The notes: a model not told the origin generated them from the sequence alone. 64,000 bases of DNA from an uncultured Acidobacteriota bacterium (GCA_963843575.1 CAWJKZ010000019.1:256001-320000), one strand, 5' to 3'; counted from the stretch's first letter, positions 48,192 through 58,747 are shown. Translations and numbers: made by a program.

Positions 48192-48794
48192 ATGGCCCAA
48201 AAACACACTGCAGTGCTTGGTATCTACACGAGTTATTCGAGCGTGGAGAACGCTGTCGATATCTTGAAGGAGGCTGGGTTTAGGAACAGCGATATTTCCG
48301 TCCTATTTCCTGAAAAGGCAGGCTCCAAGGAGTTTGCCCACAGCAAGGGCACCAGGGCTCCCGAGGGCGCTGCCGCAGGCGCCGGAACGGGTGCGGTGCT
48401 GGGTGGTGCGCTGGGATGGTTGGTGGGCACCGGCGCTCTTGCGATACCGGGCTTAGGTCTCGTTATCGCGGCCGGTCCCATCATGGCGGCCCTTGCCGGA
48501 ATTGGCGTGGGCGGCGCAGTAGGAGGGATAACGGGCGCACTGATCGGCTTAGGGATACCCGAACACGAAGCCAAGCGATATGAAGTCCGGGTAAAAGAAG
48601 GCGGAATCCTCCTCTCGGTGCATTCGGACAATTCCGACTGGACGAAGCGCGCCAGGGAGATCCTGGAGAGGACGGGTGCGCAGGATATTTCATCCACCGG
48701 AGAAGCCTCCGTAAACTACATCAGAAGCGGTGGGCCGCTTTCAGCCGGTACGACCACGGGTCGCGCATTGGAATCAGCGACGCCTAAGGACTGA
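48192..48794 (+). CDS. General stress protein-like membrane protein (YflT/DUF3341-like)
   Basis: AGGAG RBS; GFRNSDISVL, glycine-rich hairpin, LGIPEHEAKRYE, GGILLSVH. Confidence 0.85.
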   Translation: MAQKHTAVLGIYTSYSSVENAVDILKEAGFRNSDISVLFPEKAGSKEFAHSKGTRAPEGAAAGAGTGAVLGGALGWLVGTGALAIPGLGLVIAAGPIMAALAGIGVGGAVGGITGALIGLGIPEHEAKRYEVRVKEGGILLSVHSDNSDWTKRAREILERTGAQDISSTGEASVNYIRSGGPLSAGTTTGRALESATPKD

Positions 48795-48847
48795 GGTAAG
48801 GTCATATTCGTGATCATCAACAATATGAGACTATGCTGAGGTAAGAA

Positions 48848-48928
48848 ATGGAAACCATCTTGATTGTGCTTTTGGTGTTGTTATTGTTAGGCGGGGGGGG
48901 CTGGGGATACTCCCGCTGGCGCCGGTAG
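48848..48928 (+). CDS. 26-aa single-helix membrane peptide
   Basis: GAGGT RBS; METILIVLLVLLLLGGGGWGYSRWRR-stop; below the ORF-track cutoff. Confidence 0.75.
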   Translation: METILIVLLVLLLLGGGGWGYSRWRR

Positions 48929-49026
48929 TGCCCACGCTATGGACCTGGCTGGCAGTTACGCCTTTTCGTGTATCTGCTTTCACCCGGGCGGACTATTTGA
49001 TGCTTAATGCCGCAAAAGGGAAATCT

Positions 49027-49431
49027 ATGAGACGAGAAGTGGGCCTTTGGATTGACCACAGGAAGTCGGTTATTGTCAATGTTACTGACGACGGGGAAGA
49101 GACGAGCGTGATCGAATCAGGCATGGAGAAGCACGTCCGATATTCTGGTGCGGCACAGGAGGACTCGGCAGAAGACCAACGAGACACACGCTTCACGGGC
49201 CACCTCAACAAATACTATGATCATGTAATATCGCGTATTCGCGACGCGGAATCCATCCTGATCCTTGGTCCCGGTGAAGCAAAGGTAGAGCTCGAAACAC
49301 GTCTGGCGGGGGAAGGGCTCACAGGGCGCATAGTTGGTGTTGAAACCGCCGACAAGATGACGGATCGACAGATTGCCGCGAGAGTCCGCCAGCAATTTCC
49401 AGAACGAAGTCATCAAGGATCGCAAATATAG
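49027..49431 (+). CDS. eRF1/pelota-like (baeRF/host-attachment-type) small protein
   Basis: VGLWIDHRKSVIV, ILILGPGEAKVEL, VETADKMTDRQIAA. Confidence 0.7.
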   Translation: MRREVGLWIDHRKSVIVNVTDDGEETSVIESGMEKHVRYSGAAQEDSAEDQRDTRFTGHLNKYYDHVISRIRDAESILILGPGEAKVELETRLAGEGLTGRIVGVETADKMTDRQIAARVRQQFPERSHQGSQI

Positions 49432-49456
49432 CCGGGGGTCCTTGTTCGGTGATGTT

Positions 49457-50932
49457 ATGACGCAGGCCGATGACAGGCAACATCGCTCTATCTTAAAGGG
49501 CATCGCCCGGCGGGCGATGCTCGAGAGGGGTCTACTTCCTGATTTCGCGCCCCTGGCACTGGCCGAGCTCGACGAAATCAAGGGCCCCGCAATTCGAGCC
49601 GATGAATCGACACGAGATCTCCGGCACCTTGCCTGGTGTTCCATAGATAACGACGATTCTCGTGATTTGGATCAGCTCACCGTGGCCGAAGCCTTGCCTG
49701 GGGAAAGGGCAAGAATTCTCGTGGCGATTGCCGATGTCGACGCGATCGTCAAAGTGAAATCGGCGCTTGACGATCATGCGCGACACAACACCACATCGGT
49801 ATACACTGGTGCTGAGACGTTTCCAATGTTGCCCGAGAGACTCTCAACCGATCTTACGTCTCTAAACTATGAGTCAGATCGTCTCGCCATCGTTGTTGAA
49901 ATGGTTATCGCCGGTGATGGAACGCTTCAGGATTCGGACCTCTATGGGGCGGCGGTCCGCAATCATGCGAAGCTCGCCTACAATAGCGTAGGGGGCTGGC
50001 TGGAGGGTAACGGCCCGATGCCGCCGGCGATAGGTCCAGTCAGCGGTCTCGATGAGGAACTCCGGCTGCAAGATCGCGTGGCCCGTAAGCTGAAGGCTCT
50101 CCGCCACACGCAGGGCGCGCTGAATCTCGAGACCATCAAAGCACGGCCGCTATTTGAAGGGGATAAGCTCAAGGACTACGAGGCCGAAATAAAGAGCCGG
50201 GCCAACGATATTATTGAAGATTTCATGATTGCCGCAAACGGCGTTACCGCACGATATCTCGCGGCCAAAATGTTCCCGTCGATGCGGCGCGTTGTGCGCA
50301 CACCCAAACGGTGGGACCGGATCATCGAGCTTGCCTCAGAGCGGGGCTTCACGCTGCCCCAGAATCCCGACTCCAAGGCACTGGAGCTATTCCTGGCGGT
50401 GACGAAGACCGCCGATCCCCTCCGTTTTCCCGATCTTTCTCTCAGCGTGATCAAACTAATGGGCGCCGGTGAATACGTCGTTGAACTTCCGGGAGAGAGC
50501 GCGGCCGGGCACTTTGGTCTTGCCGTCAAGGATTATAATCACTCTACAGCCCCCAACCGCAGATACCCCGATCTGATCACGCAACGGCTGCTGAAGGCAG
50601 CCATGGCCGGACGTGCCGTGCCCTATGAGAATGATGAGTTGCAGGCGCTCGCTAAGCACTGCACGGAAGAAGAGGACGCAGCGAAGAAGGTCGAACGGCA
50701 GGTTGAAAAATCGGCAGCGGCCCTGCTGCTGGAATCGAGGATCGGGGAACGATTCGATGCTCTGGTCACCGGCGCATCCGACAAGGGTACGTGGGTCCGT
50801 CTGCTGCAGCCGCCCGTTGAAGGAAGACTGGTTAGCGGCTTTCAAGGCCTGGACGTCGGTCATAGGCTCCGCGTGCAGTTGACCCGCACCGATGTGGAAC
50901 GCGGATACATCGATTTTACGGGAGTGGGTTAA
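49457..50932 (+). CDS. RNB-domain (RNase II/R family) ribonuclease, short form
   Basis: SIDNDDSRDLDQ, VAIADV, IEDFMIAAN, HFGLA, HSTAPNRRYPDL. Confidence 0.9.
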   Translation: MTQADDRQHRSILKGIARRAMLERGLLPDFAPLALAELDEIKGPAIRADESTRDLRHLAWCSIDNDDSRDLDQLTVAEALPGERARILVAIADVDAIVKVKSALDDHARHNTTSVYTGAETFPMLPERLSTDLTSLNYESDRLAIVVEMVIAGDGTLQDSDLYGAAVRNHAKLAYNSVGGWLEGNGPMPPAIGPVSGLDEELRLQDRVARKLKALRHTQGALNLETIKARPLFEGDKLKDYEAEIKSRANDIIEDFMIAANGVTARYLAAKMFPSMRRVVRTPKRWDRIIELASERGFTLPQNPDSKALELFLAVTKTADPLRFPDLSLSVIKLMGAGEYVVELPGESAAGHFGLAVKDYNHSTAPNRRYPDLITQRLLKAAMAGRAVPYENDELQALAKHCTEEEDAAKKVERQVEKSAAALLLESRIGERFDALVTGASDKGTWVRLLQPPVEGRLVSGFQGLDVGHRLRVQLTRTDVERGYIDFTGVG

Positions 50933-51121
50933 TCGTGACCCGGAAGTGAAACGGGAATTCACGGAGAAGATTCTCGATGCGTCGGGTTGAACAGGGTCTG
51001 CGGGTTAGCCCCCGCGGACAGAACGGTCTTTGACGAGAGGGACCCAAAACCGCGATAGGGGATGTCGAGCCTGAATGAGACTCGCAGTCTCCCCGAATTC
51101 GACGGTGTGAGCAGGAGCATT

Positions 51122-51742
51122 ATGAACTGGCGCGCGCTTGTCTTTGCTGTGACTATTGGCACACTCTGCATCTCGTGCGGTGTAAGGGTACCGGGAACCG
51201 ATGTCAGGGCCGACTCGGAGAAGCACTCTGGCAAGAGTGCTCGACGGGGGACCGGTGTTCACAACCTCACAATGCCGGCCGGCACCGTCTTGAGAGTCCG
51301 CATCGACGATGCGCTGTCCACCCGGGAAAGCAGTCCCGGGGATCCATTTACCGGATCGTTGGTTGAGCCGGTGGTGATGAATGGGGAAGAAGTTCTTGCA
51401 GCCGGAACTAGGTTCAAAGGACACGTGACGACTTCGGTCAGACCGAGCCGCCTTCAGGGTCGGGCAGCCCTCGGCTTCACGCTGGACCGTTATGAAATGA
51501 GAGGCTCCCAACACCCGGTGAGCGCGGTTCTCGATACTCAAACGAGCGATGCTCACAAGCAGCAGAACATCGAACTGATCGGTGGCGGAGCGGGGCTGGG
51601 CGCATTGGTTTGTGCCGTTGTTCGAAGAGGCCAGGGCGCTGCGATCGGTACAGGAGCGGCGTATACCGCCGGAAAGGGAGGCGTAACCATCGCCGCCGAC
51701 ACGGTGTTCAGTTTTGTTTTGAAAGTTCCAGTCCCATTGTGA
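51122..51742 (+). CDS. Lipoprotein related to the 42182..42787 glycine-zipper protein
   Basis: Lipobox-like CISC; MPAGTVLRVRIDDALST; IGGGAGLGA; DTVFSFVL. Confidence 0.7.
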   Translation: MNWRALVFAVTIGTLCISCGVRVPGTDVRADSEKHSGKSARRGTGVHNLTMPAGTVLRVRIDDALSTRESSPGDPFTGSLVEPVVMNGEEVLAAGTRFKGHVTTSVRPSRLQGRAALGFTLDRYEMRGSQHPVSAVLDTQTSDAHKQQNIELIGGGAGLGALVCAVVRRGQGAAIGTGAAYTAGKGGVTIAADTVFSFVLKVPVPL

Positions 51743-51882
51743 AAGGTAATTTTCGCGGTCAACGATTCCCCGAGCCGCCCCGCACCGGGGTAAGCCTCAC
51801 GGCTTGATCTGTTAATCCTGGATCAAAGGATGCGAAGCACAGTATCGGTGGACTCTGAGTCCCGTTCAACAAGGTTCAAGCA

Positions 51883-53159
51883 CATGGCGTCTTCGGTGTT
51901 TTCACTAAACGTCAGACATCAGGGTGGGGGTTCCGTGTTGCGCCGTGGGTTGACGCTTGTCGTCACCCTGCTGCTGTGCAGTGTGGGCTTGTCCGGATAC
52001 TCTGTTCTCACGCACGAGGAAATCGTGGACCTGCTCTGGACCGATGGAATCCGCCCCCTCCTGCTCAGGCGATATCCGGAATCGTCGGAAGACCAGCTCA
52101 GGGAGGCGCATGCCTACGCCTATGGAGGCGCCGTCATCCAGGATCTCGGCTACTATCCATTCGGCAGCGCGGAATTCAGCAACCTGGCGCATTACGTTCG
52201 CAGCGGAGACTTCGTTCGCGAACTGCGGCTGGAGAGCCAGGATGTCAACGAGTACGCCTTCGCGCTGGGCGCTCTGTCGCACTATGCGTCGGACATTGCC
52301 GGCCACCCGGCTGTCAACCAGGCCGTCGCGATTCAGTATCCGAAGCTGCGGGCGAAGTTTGGCAAATCGGTCAAGTATGCGCAGGACAAGACGGCCCATT
52401 TGAAAACAGAGTTCGGGTTCGACATGGTGCAGGTCGCAAAGAATCGTTATGCGTCGGAGCAGTACCACGATTTCATCGGGTTTAAGGTGTCCAAATCCCT
52501 GCTGGAGCGGGTCTTTCCAATCGTATACGGAGTGGAGTTGAAAGACGTTCTCCCCCACGCGGATCTGGCAATCGGCTCGTATCGTTTCTCTATCAGCCGG
52601 CTGATTCCGGAAATGACCCAGGTCGCGCTGAAAACCCATAAGAAGGACATGATGCGCGAGACGCCTACTCTCGCGAGAAAGAAGTTCCTTTACCGTCTCT
52701 CGCGCTCCGATTATGAAAGGGAGTGGGGAAAGGACTACAGGAAGCCCGGATTCGGCATCCGGATCATGGCAGGCGCTCTTGCGATTCATGCCGAAAATTG
52801 GCCCGTTCAAGGCGCTGGCGTTCAACAACCCTACCCCGCAGACGGAGGAACTGTATTTCAAGAGCATCAACACCACCGTCGATCAATACCGGGCCTTTCT
52901 CGAGGAAGTGCGCACTGATTCACTGCTTCCTCCCAATCGTGATTTGGATGATGGCAGAATGACCAAGCCAGGGGAATACTCGCTGGCGGACAACACGTAT
53001 GCAAAGTTGCTGGCCAGGCTGTCGGAGCGGAAGTTCGATCGGACCACGACGGACCTGCGCGCCGACATCCTGCGCTTTTATTCCGACCTCTCTATTCCGA
53101 TCGAGACGAAAAAGGACAAGGTTCGCTGGCAAGGCGTGCTGACCGGCTGGATCAATTGA
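51883..53159 (+). CDS. Zinc-dependent phospholipase C family protein; frameshift near 52772
   Basis: YSVLTHEEIVD, GAVIQDLGYYP, LSHYASD, AHLKTEFGFD; continues in ORF 52713..53159; start uncertain. Confidence 0.75.
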
Positions 53160-53234
53160 AGTCGGTGACTCCCGATCCGGCTCTTGCGCGCGCTCCTGCA
53201 AAGTGACCTTCATCGCTCGGAAATGAACGTTGCC

Positions 53235-54035
53235 ATGTCCCATAAGCCGCTGTATCGAAGATGGCTCGGCAGTCGTCCCCCTTGTATTGTCAGCGGCGAT
53301 CCTTTGCGGCGAAGCTACAAACCCTGTCGATTCCGGACCGATGCCTCCCTGCGGAAGCACGACGGTTCCCCCCTATCCCGACGTGGATGAGTCGCCCACG
53401 GTAAAAGCCTGGGACCGCTCCGACCTGGCCGCGACTGGACACCGCCTGCCTGCACCGGTTGGACGGCATCGGGCTTTACGACCCTGGTGGTTACGGTTGC
53501 GCTCTTTCGGCATGGCTCCGGGGTCGAGGGCCTGCTCCGCCGCGTCGGGGCGATTTCCGAACTCGCAGGGATGCGCTATTGGTCGACCACCCACAAGCGA
53601 TGGCAGACACTGATTGTCGACGCCTATGCTCTGCCCGGGCCGGCCGGCGGTCGACGCCGCAAAGACTTCTCGCCAGACGAGATCGCGGAAGGCAAGTATC
53701 TGTACTTTCAACAGGAGGATAACCTGTCCGGCAAGGCGATTTACCGAATGCACATTCAAAGCGCTTCTCCCGACCGGCTGGTGTTCGATACCGAAAACAT
53801 CAGCACCGTGCGGTACTTGCTGTGGCCCCTTTTCCGCCCGGGCGAAATGCAGTCGATTTACTTCCTCGAACGCGAGTCGCAGGATGTCTGGCGCTATTAC
53901 AGCATCTCGCGCACGGGAAGGAAAGCGAGCAGGTTAACTGGGGGACACGACGCATCCTCGATCAACCGAGCTGTTGCATTTTACCGCCACCTGGCGGGCA
54001 TTCCGACGGATCAGGAGCCTCCCGCGTCGCGATGA
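53235..54035 (+). CDS. Secreted hypothetical protein (DUF6675-like); frameshift near 53430
   Basis: ORFs 53230..53613 and 53487..54035 join; GMRYWS, QEDN, NRAVAFYRH. Confidence 0.6.
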
Positions 54036-54202
54036 ACCGCCCGTCCCACTAAACCACCCCAGGGCTGACATCGAGCAGTTGGCGCGCCGGGCTTCGGTGA
54101 CCGACGGAAAGGCATCGGAGACGCCAAAGGTTAATTGTATCAACGACGAACTCCCGGGAATCTTTACCGCCATCACGCTCCAGTTGCACCTCAATGACTC
54201 GG

Positions 54203-54268
54203 ATGTGCAATTTTGACCGCACGGGTGAGCCGTACTGAACTGACGCCCCGGTTATTTGAAAGTATAAA
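54203..54268 (+). promoter_or_regulatory. Tandem-box promoter P10
   Basis: ATGTGCAATTTTGACC + GTGAGCCGTACTGAAC; CTGACG-N17-TATAAA. Confidence 0.88.
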
Positions 54269-54324
54269 AATCATTGGCTGCACCTGCCAATCCTAATCTT
54301 GGCGGAAGCAGGTGCCGGAGCCTA

Positions 54325-54402
54325 GGCATCCCCATCCTTGTGGTGGTGGCCATCGTCGGGATCTTGATTCGGTTCATTCAAGGCCGAAGAGGAACCGCAT
54401 AG
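54325..54402 (+). pseudogene. 3' half of an lmo0937-like small membrane protein
   Basis: GIPILVVVAIVGILIRFIQGRRGTA-stop parallels the C-half of 55347..55496. Confidence 0.5.
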
Positions 54403-54420
54403 ATTGCAGGGAGGAAACAA

Positions 54421-54645
54421 ATGAAACCGATCACCTTGATTGGAATTGCATTCCTGGTTCTGGGGGCGCTGGCGCTCGCGTATCAAGGCATCAATTACAC
54501 TCGGACTGAAAAGGTACTTGACCTGGGACCGATTCATGCCACCAAAGAGACGCACGAACGGATTCCACTTCCTCCCATTCTTGGAGGAATAGCATTGCTT
54601 TCAGGCGGTGTTTTGCTGGCTCTCGGCGCGCGGCGAAAGGCCTAG
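54421..54645 (+). CDS. Small membrane protein (DUF3185-like)
   Basis: GGGAGG RBS; YQGINYT...VLDLGPIHA...IPLPPILGG. Confidence 0.85.
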   Translation: MKPITLIGIAFLVLGALALAYQGINYTRTEKVLDLGPIHATKETHERIPLPPILGGIALLSGGVLLALGARRKA

Positions 54646-54766
54646 CTCGCATTTGGTCACGGCGTTTTGCGTGCCGAGGCGGCGCAGGTCCTCGAAGCCG
54701 GTACAGATTCCTCTCTGCGGTGCGGAAACTGCCGGGTTGAGCACTACTGGATCATAATGTGCACAC

Positions 54767-55090
54767 ATGGTCTCGATCGCCGCGCGGCGAGTTACACCTG
54801 GACGTTCTGTTTGTTCTGTTGCTGGTGACAATGGTCTATCTCATCAGGGAGACTCTTTTCGTCTTTGCTGTGGCGCTCCTGTTTTCGTATCTGCTATGGC
54901 CTCTGGTGCACTTTCTCGATCCGCGTTTTCCAGGACTACGTCTTGTCGCCCCACCTGTTGAGCAAAGGCGTGAAACTGCAACCAGTGGTCGTTATTGTCG
55001 GAATTCTCGCTGGCAAATCGCCGGGATCGCCGGTACCTTTTTTGCTGTTCCCATTATGGCGATCCTCCGAATTGTATATCGGCAGCTGAG
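54767..55090 (+). pseudogene. Internally deleted AI-2E family transporter
   Basis: N-terminal LFVFAVALLFSYLLWPLV joined directly to C-terminal QDYVLSPHLLSKGVKLQP and GIAGTFFAVP in shifted frames. Confidence 0.7.
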
Positions 55091-55217
55091 AAAGAAGGGA
55101 CACCACGCTCGCAAACCCCGCGATAAGAATCGTTTAGGGATGTGGCCAGCAGGAGGCTGCGCCGCACGGGGGTTGCGATTGCGATTTGCTCACAAGTGAA
55201 ATCGCCCCCTTAGGTAG

Positions 55218-55283
55218 GTGTGCAATTGTGACCGGCCGTGTGAGCCATTCTGAACTGACACGCGATGTCCTGCAGGGTATAAA
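55218..55283 (+). promoter_or_regulatory. Tandem-box promoter P11
   Basis: GTGTGCAATTGTGACC + GTGAGCCATTCTGAAC; CTGACA-N17-TATAAA. Confidence 0.88.
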
Positions 55284-55346
55284 GGTGATAAGAATTGGTG
55301 ATGAAGAGGCTTTGGGATCAAGAGAAAAACGAAAGCGGGGTTGGTT

Positions 55347-55496
55347 ATGTTATGGACAATCGGAGGGGTTTTGCTGGTGTTGTGGCTTTTGGGATTTTCC
55401 ATGCACGTGGGTGGAGGTTTGATTCACGCGCTGCTGGTCATCGCGATTATTGTGTTTGTCTTCAATGTGCTCACAGGTCGTCGTTCGTCGATCTAG
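55347..55496 (+). CDS. lmo0937-family 49-aa membrane protein
   Basis: MLWTIGGVLLVLWLLGFSMHVGGGLIHALLVIAIIVFVFNVLTGRRSSI-stop. Confidence 0.85.
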   Translation: MLWTIGGVLLVLWLLGFSMHVGGGLIHALLVIAIIVFVFNVLTGRRSSI

Positions 55497-55707
55497 CTCC
55501 CACTCGGCGTCCCCATCAAAGGGGATGAGCAAGTGTGAGCCGTTAGAGCCATGCGGGACGGATGCGAGAAGAGCGGATCCTGAAAACTCCGGGAGAGGGC
55601 GGAGAAACGGCGAGGAAGTTGAGTGGACTTGAACGAATGGAGAAACATGAGTGCGAGCGCGTCGTGAGAAGTGAGCGGAAGCGCGCGCAACAATTTAGGA
55701 GAGCGTT

Positions 55708-56419
55708 ATGAAACTGAATGGGTTAGCGAGGGTTGGGGTCACCTGCCTGGGCATGGGTGCGTTGTCGGCGGGACTGTTGTTCGCCGATGAGAGCGCCGTG
55801 AAGCGATTGAAGACGGCGGGTGTTGTTTTAAGCGAGATCATGCGAACGCCCGACAAAGGTGTCCCGCAAGAATTGCTCGAAAGCTCGCAGTGTATCGTGA
55901 TCGTTCCGGGGATGAAAAAGGCCGCGTTTATCGTGGGCGGTAACTATGGCAGAGGCTTCATGTTGTGTCGCCAGGCTTCCGGCTTGGGGTGGTCTGCACC
56001 CGCCGGGGTGAAGGTTGAAGGCGGCAGCGTAGGTTTCCAGATCGGAGGCTCGGAGACGGACGTGATCATGCTCGTGATGAACAAACGCGGCGCTGAAAAG
56101 CTTCTTTCGAGCAAATTCACCCTCGGTGCAGACGCTTCCGTGGCAGCCGGACCTGTGGGGCGGACATCGTCGGCCGACACGGATGCGAAGCTGCACGCGG
56201 AGATACTGTCGTATTCGCGCTCACGCGGGGCATTTGCGGGTATTTCACTGGAGGGCGCAACGCTGCGGCCTGATGAGGATGCGAATGCTGGCGCTGTATG
56301 GCAGGAAACTCAGCAACGAACAAATTGTCATGGGCAAAGTCAAGTCGCCCGCCTCGGGCGCCAAGCTGGCGTCGGAATTGAACAGATACTCCGCTCGCAA
56401 GGAAGCTCGAAAAGATTAA
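55708..56419 (+). CDS. SYLF/YSC84 lipid-binding domain protein; frameshift near 56290
   Basis: KAAFIVGGNYGRG, GSVGFQIGG, YSRSRGAFAG; expected C-terminus LYGRK... lies in ORF 56126..56419. Confidence 0.85.
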
Positions 56420-56463
56420 CTGGACGAAAGTACGGGCACTCAGCCACTGGAGACGGTAACACC

Positions 56464-56700
56464 ATGAACTGGGATCAGATTGAAGGAAAATGGAAACAGT
56501 TTACAGGATCCGCCCGCGAACGCTGGGGAAAACTCACGGACGATGACTTCAAGACAGCCGCCGGGAAGAAGGAGAACCTGGTAGGGCGCATTCAGGAACG
56601 CTATGGAATCGCGAAGGAGGAAGCTGAGAGGCAGGCTAACGAGTGGTCTGCCGCTCTAAAGGAGTCCGCTCGCGAGGTCGGCGCTAAAAAACTTTCGTGA
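56464..56700 (+). CDS. csbD: CsbD-family general stress protein
   Basis: MNWDQIEGKWKQFTG...WGKLTDDD...GRIQERYG; own GGAG RBS. Confidence 0.88.
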   Translation: MNWDQIEGKWKQFTGSARERWGKLTDDDFKTAAGKKENLVGRIQERYGIAKEEAERQANEWSAALKESAREVGAKKLS

Positions 56701-56894
56701 GCGTGCCCGCCAGCTAACCCTTCAAAGCAGATATGGCGCTGGCACGGCCACGATGACACGTTGCTGTAAATGGTTGTTCTTTGGCCCTACCGACGAATCG
56801 ATGGGGCCTCCAAGGCAAGGCAGCCGCACAGGATGCTGTGGTGAGTCCGGCCTTGGGGTCGGGTCACTGAGATAGGTAGTCCAACAATTTAGCA

Positions 56895-57650
56895 ATGAGG
56901 AGTTCCAAAATGAATAGATTCAAAGTTGGGGCGACGATCTTTGGTCTCGCCCTGGTAACCCTGGCATTTCCGCTCAGGGGGAGTGCAGACGAGTGGGACA
57001 AGAAGACCAGTGTGACATTCAGCGGCCCTGTCGAGATTCCGGGTGTGGGGGCTCAGGTCCTGCCGGCGGGCACATATGTCTTCAAGCTGCTGGATTCGCA
57101 ATCCGACCGCCACATCGTTCAGATCTTTAACGAACGGGGAGACCACGTTTATGCCACCATCCTTGCGATACCGAATTTCCGCCTGAGATCTACGGACAAG
57201 ACGGTTATGACGTTCAGGGAAAGGGCGGCCGGTGATCCGGAAGCCATCAGGGCGTGGTTTTACCCTGGGAACAATTGGGGCCAGGAGTTTGTATATCCGA
57301 AGAAAAGGGCTCTCGAGCTGGCAAAGATCGCCAACGTCCCCGTTCTCGCGATGCCTACCGAGCTGGAAACCAACCTTACCTTGCCAGTAACCAAGATAGA
57401 CGAACCGCCGGTAGTCGCTCTGATGGAGGCGCCTCTCGAGGCCGTTAAGCCTACAGGAGAAGCGGTCGCAATAACCGAAGTCGTCGAGGCCCCGCCGGTA
57501 GAGACAGCCGCTGCTGTTCAGACCCCGACCCCGGAGCCTGACAAGCAGTTGCCCAAAACCGCCAGCCTACTGCCTCTGGTGGGATTGATCGGGTTACTGT
57601 CGCTGGGCGCAGGCTTCGCTCTTTTGGGATTTCCGAGGCGACCTGTTTAA
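56895..57650 (+). CDS. Secreted protein with C-terminal LPKTA sorting-like motif and membrane anchor
   Basis: Signal peptide, LPAGTYVFKL, AWFYPG, Pro/Thr-rich linker, LPKTAS + hydrophobic helix + RR. Confidence 0.8.
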   Translation: MRSSKMNRFKVGATIFGLALVTLAFPLRGSADEWDKKTSVTFSGPVEIPGVGAQVLPAGTYVFKLLDSQSDRHIVQIFNERGDHVYATILAIPNFRLRSTDKTVMTFRERAAGDPEAIRAWFYPGNNWGQEFVYPKKRALELAKIANVPVLAMPTELETNLTLPVTKIDEPPVVALMEAPLEAVKPTGEAVAITEVVEAPPVETAAAVQTPTPEPDKQLPKTASLLPLVGLIGLLSLGAGFALLGFPRRPV

Positions 57651-57922
57651 TAAGGACGCCTTGTGCTGGTGTGGATCATTCTGCAAGGGGTCCATACCAA
57701 GCGCGTTCCCAGGGATAGGGCGCAGGCGAAGCTAGCCTGCGCCCAAAGAGCGCAGTGGAGTCCCGAACACCTGGGCCTGCGCTTCCCCCCCCGGGGCAAG
57801 TGTTTCCGGGTGTGCAAAGAGGGGTCCCCCGGCATGTGTGCCCATCCCACACCCCGAACTCGCTGCCCTTTACTTCCTCCAATCCAGGTCGACGCCCCGC
57901 GCCGATAAAGAAGAGGCGAACG

Positions 57923-58747
57923 ATGAGCACGATAATTACGAAAGACGGTACGCAGATCTATTACAAAGACTGGGGCACAGGACAGCCTGTGGTGTTCAGC
58001 CACGGCTGGCCCCTCAGTGCGGACAGCTGGGAAGCTCAGATGCTGTTCCTGGCCTCGAACGGCTATCGCTGCATTGCCCATGACCGTCGCGGCCATGGCC
58101 GGTCGAGCCAGCCCTGGACTGGCAACGAGATGGACACCTATGCCGACGACCTCTCGGAGCTCATCGAAACACTGGAGCTGCAAGGCGCCGTCCTAATCGG
58201 TTTCTCGGCGGGCGGCGGCGAAGTTGCACGGTATGTTGGCCGCCACGGCGCGAAACGGCTGGCCAAAGCCGCGCTGATCTCCGCCGTCCCGCCGCTGATG
58301 CTGAAAACGGCGGCAAATCCCGGCGGCATGCCCATTGAGGTGTTCGACGGAATCCGCCGCGGTTCCATGGCTGACCGCTCGCAGCTCTACAAGGATCTCG
58401 CCGGCGGCCCGTTCTTCGGGGCCAACAGACCCGGCGCCAAGGTCTCTCAGGGAATGATCGACTCGTTCTGGCTCCAGGGGATGCAGGCCGGTCACAAGAA
58501 CACCTTCGACTGCATCAAGGCATTCTCCGAGACGGATTTCAGCCAAGACCTCAAGAAGTTCGACCTGCCGACGCTGATCCTTCACGGCGACGACGACCAG
58601 ATCGTGCCGATTGGTGCCTCGGCTCTCCGGTCAGCGGAGCTGGTCAAGAACGCAACCCTCAAGATCTATGCGGGCGCACCTCACGGCCTCGCCTACACGC
58701 ACAAAGACCAGCTCAACGCCGACCTGCTGGCATTCCTCAATACCTGA
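57923..58747 (+). CDS. Non-heme chloroperoxidase/perhydrolase (alpha/beta hydrolase)
   Basis: [37 protein letters not shown]. Confidence 0.92.
   Translation: MSTIITKDGTQIYYKDWGTGQPVVFSHGWPLSADSWEAQMLFLASNGYRCIAHDRRGHGRSSQPWTGNEMDTYADDLSELIETLELQGAVLIGFSAGGGEVARYVGRHGAKRLAKAALISAVPPLMLKTAANPGGMPIEVFDGIRRGSMADRSQLYKDLAGGPFFGANRPGAKVSQGMIDSFWLQGMQAGHKNTFDCIKAFSETDFSQDLKKFDLPTLILHGDDDQIVPIGASALRSAELVKNATLKIYAGAPHGLAYTHKDQLNADLLAFLNT

Noticed and set aside
6449-56419. Programmed ribosomal frameshifting at the split genes
   Set aside because: No shared slippery sequence; both insertion and deletion types occur in unrelated families
55708-56700. Apparent SYLF-CsbD fusion protein (330-aa ORF)
   Set aside because: Produced by a frameshift near 56290; the SYLF C-terminus is in another frame and csbD has its own RBS and ATG at 56464
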